Notes under the pieces: model-generated | The model's input: the letters and a program-made list of their open reading frames with translations, nothing else | The model's database searches: none | What the model was told of the DNA's origin: nothing | Assembly (NCBI RefSeq): GCF_009914755.1 | Contig: NC_060926.1 | Strand: one strand, 5' to 3' | Source of the DNA: the human T2T-CHM13v2.0 reference genome, Homo sapiens | DNA length: 64,000 nt | Program-made: the position numbers and the translations under genes | In this document: positions 61,692 to 64,000 of the stretch, piece by piece | How the letters are laid out: each line of letters begins with the position of its first letter | Position numbering within the stretch: the first letter of the stretch is position 1

Positions 61692-62442
61692 TAGCTGGGA
61701 TTACAGGAGCCCACCACTACGCCCAGCTAATTTTTGTATTTTTAGTAGAGACAGGGTTTCATGTGTTGGCCAGGCTGGTCTCGAACTCCTTACCTTGTGA
61801 TCTGCCCTCCTCGGCCTCCCAAAGTGCTGGGATTACAAACGTGAGCCATCGTGCCCGGCCTATATTGTTTGTTTATTCAACTACAGAATATAATTTATCG
61901 ATTTAAACCACCATAAAAATGAAGTCAGTTGACTGGGAAATGATTTGAAATACATGCCTGGCTGCTAACAACAGGGACAAAACACGAACTACAAATGGCA
62001 TATAAGCAGATAAGAAAAACTATTTAACCTCATGGTGAGGGGTCAAACAATTGCAAATTAAAACTATAAAACACTTAGTAATGATCAGGGCGCAGGGTGG
62101 TGTAGCAGTTAAGAGCCCAGACTGATGTGAGACTCAGCTTGACCAAGCGCTGTCAGTCACTTAAACTCCCTGAGCTTCAAATTAATGATAATAATGATTT
62201 CTATCAACTTTATCCCCCTCCATATGTAGCTGGATATATTCATTCATTTATTTATTTATTTAGCAGAGACAGGGTTTTGCCATGTTGCCCAGGCCAGTCT
62301 CAAACTCCTGGGCTCAAGCCATCCTCCTGCCCCGGCCTCCCGAAGTGCTGGGATTACAGGCATAAGCCACTACACCTGGCAGAGTTTTAGTTTTTATAAA
62401 AATTCAAGTTATTTGGTTTTGTGACTCTGTTGCCTTCTGCAG

Positions 62443-62627
62443 AAATGAAGCTGTTGTCATTTCTGGAAGGAAACTGGCCCAGCAGATCAAGCAGGAAGTG
62501 CGGCAGGAGGTAGAAGAGTGGGTGGCCTCAGGCAACAAACGGCCACACCTGAGTGTGATCCTGGTTGGCGAGAATCCTGCAAGTCACTCCTATGTCCTCA
62601 ACAAAACCAGGGCAGCTGCAGTTGTGG
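62443..62627 (+). CDS. MTHFD2: MTHFD2 coding exon 2 (185 nt; NEAVVISGRKLAQQIKQEVRQEVEEWVASGNKRPHLSVILVGENPASHSYVLNKTRAAAVV+G); methylenetetrahydrofolate dehydrogenase/cyclohydrolase
   Basis: Absent from the ORF track; manual translation gives the FolD-family motif VG.NPAS..Y...K; ttctgcag| acceptor, |gtatgt donor; phase 2 matches exon 1. Confidence 0.97.
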
Positions 62628-63465
62628 GTATGTGTCCTTCTGAGACCTCGACTGCGGTTCAGTTGAGGTTTATATGAGGCAAAGTCCATTCTAATTTATG
62701 ATTTCTTTTTTCTGATTAGGAAACCCAAGCAGAGGAGGCTAATGTGATTGAACTGTATCCCAAAACTTTGTCATAGGAAATCAGACTATATCTTTCGGGG
62801 TTTATACAGTAGGACAGGAGATACTGGTTGGTATTCTCTGTGGCTTCTGGAAAGAATATAAGCTACATTCTGTTCTTAGTCTTTATATTTGATAGGTGAC
62901 CCTGAATGCATTTTACATTTGCTTTCCTTGAGCAATAATGGGTCTCCAGTGGAGGTGTTTGAGTGTTTGCAGCTTAAAGCCTTAGAGGCTTAGGGGGCAT
63001 GATTGAGCAATACAGTATTAGGTGACCTCAGTGATGAGGTCAGGAACACAGTCGTAGATTTGAAGGAAATGACTCTGACTTCTGGGAAATAGCTTTCAAG
63101 TTCTTCACCGATTGGTTCTAAAGCCAAACATGCAGTTTAGAAGCAGTTCAGGTCTGGATGATGGGGTTTGTGTTCTAGGTCTCACGGTACCACAGATTAC
63201 TGTGTCTCTGTGGACAAGAGGTGGGTGGGCAGGCTCAGATATGCCTCTGCCTGCCCATCTGTGGGCCTGTGGTCTGAGCAGCAGGTGGCCTTTCCTTCGA
63301 AGGGCTGTGAAACCACTCGCGTGGCTGGGTGGGGTTACTGGCCTGTAAGCCTGTGGTTTTCTCTGTTCTTTATTATTGAGGAGTGAGGCCTCCTGCTCTT
63401 TTAATTGAAAGCCTTTAGAAACCTCTAGATAATGGCAAGCCATGGCATTTTGTTTTGTTTTTTGA

Positions 63466-63624
<159 letters not shown>

Positions 63625-63856
63625 TAGTAGAGATGGGGTTTCTCCATGTTGGTCAGGCTGGTGTCGAACTCCCGACCTTAGGTGATCCACCTGCCTCAGG
63701 TGATCTGCGCCTGCCTCAGCCTCCCAAAGTGCTGGGATTACAGGCGTGAGCCACTGTGCCTGGCCAAGCCATGGCATTTTAAGACATTGGGAGGTAGTGT
63801 GGTGCAGAAAAAAAGAACATGGATTTTGGAACCAGAAAGACTGGCTGTATTATTAG

Positions 63857-63999
<143 letters not shown>

Positions 64000-64000
64000 G

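Noticed and set aside
62445-62513. 22-aa alternative-frame ORF in MTHFD2 exon 2 (MKLLSFLEGNWPSRSSRKCGRR*)
   Set aside because: Would need scanning past two in-frame AUGs; short and with no other support.

Overview
Human/primate genomic DNA; the gene set BOLA3 - MOB1A - MTHFD2 is the one I know from chromosome 2p13. It contains the first two coding exons of BOLA3 (- strand, gene runs off the left edge), the complete six-exon MOB1A CDS (- strand, 651 nt = 216 aa + stop, all GT-AG junctions and phases reconcile) with a long 3' UTR, and the first two coding exons of MTHFD2 (+ strand, runs off the right edge). Each gene has a CpG-island promoter. The rest is extremely Alu-dense, with solo LTRs (MER21, LTR27-like, MER50, MER4, LTR8, MLT1), hAT DNA transposons (MER1A, Charlie1-type, MER53) and old L1/L2/MIR fragments; almost all ORFs in the supplied track are Alu-derived artefacts. 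I see no convincing previously undescribed biological system. The most unusual items are local rearrangement scars (a 206-bp inverted duplication with a fold-back junction just upstream of MTHFD2), repeated Alu insertion at identical target sites including young AluY copies, an Alu split by two LTRs, and testable isoform/regulatory hypotheses for MOB1A and MTHFD2. Repeat family names are from recalled consensus sequences, not from a search, and old-repeat boundaries are approximate.
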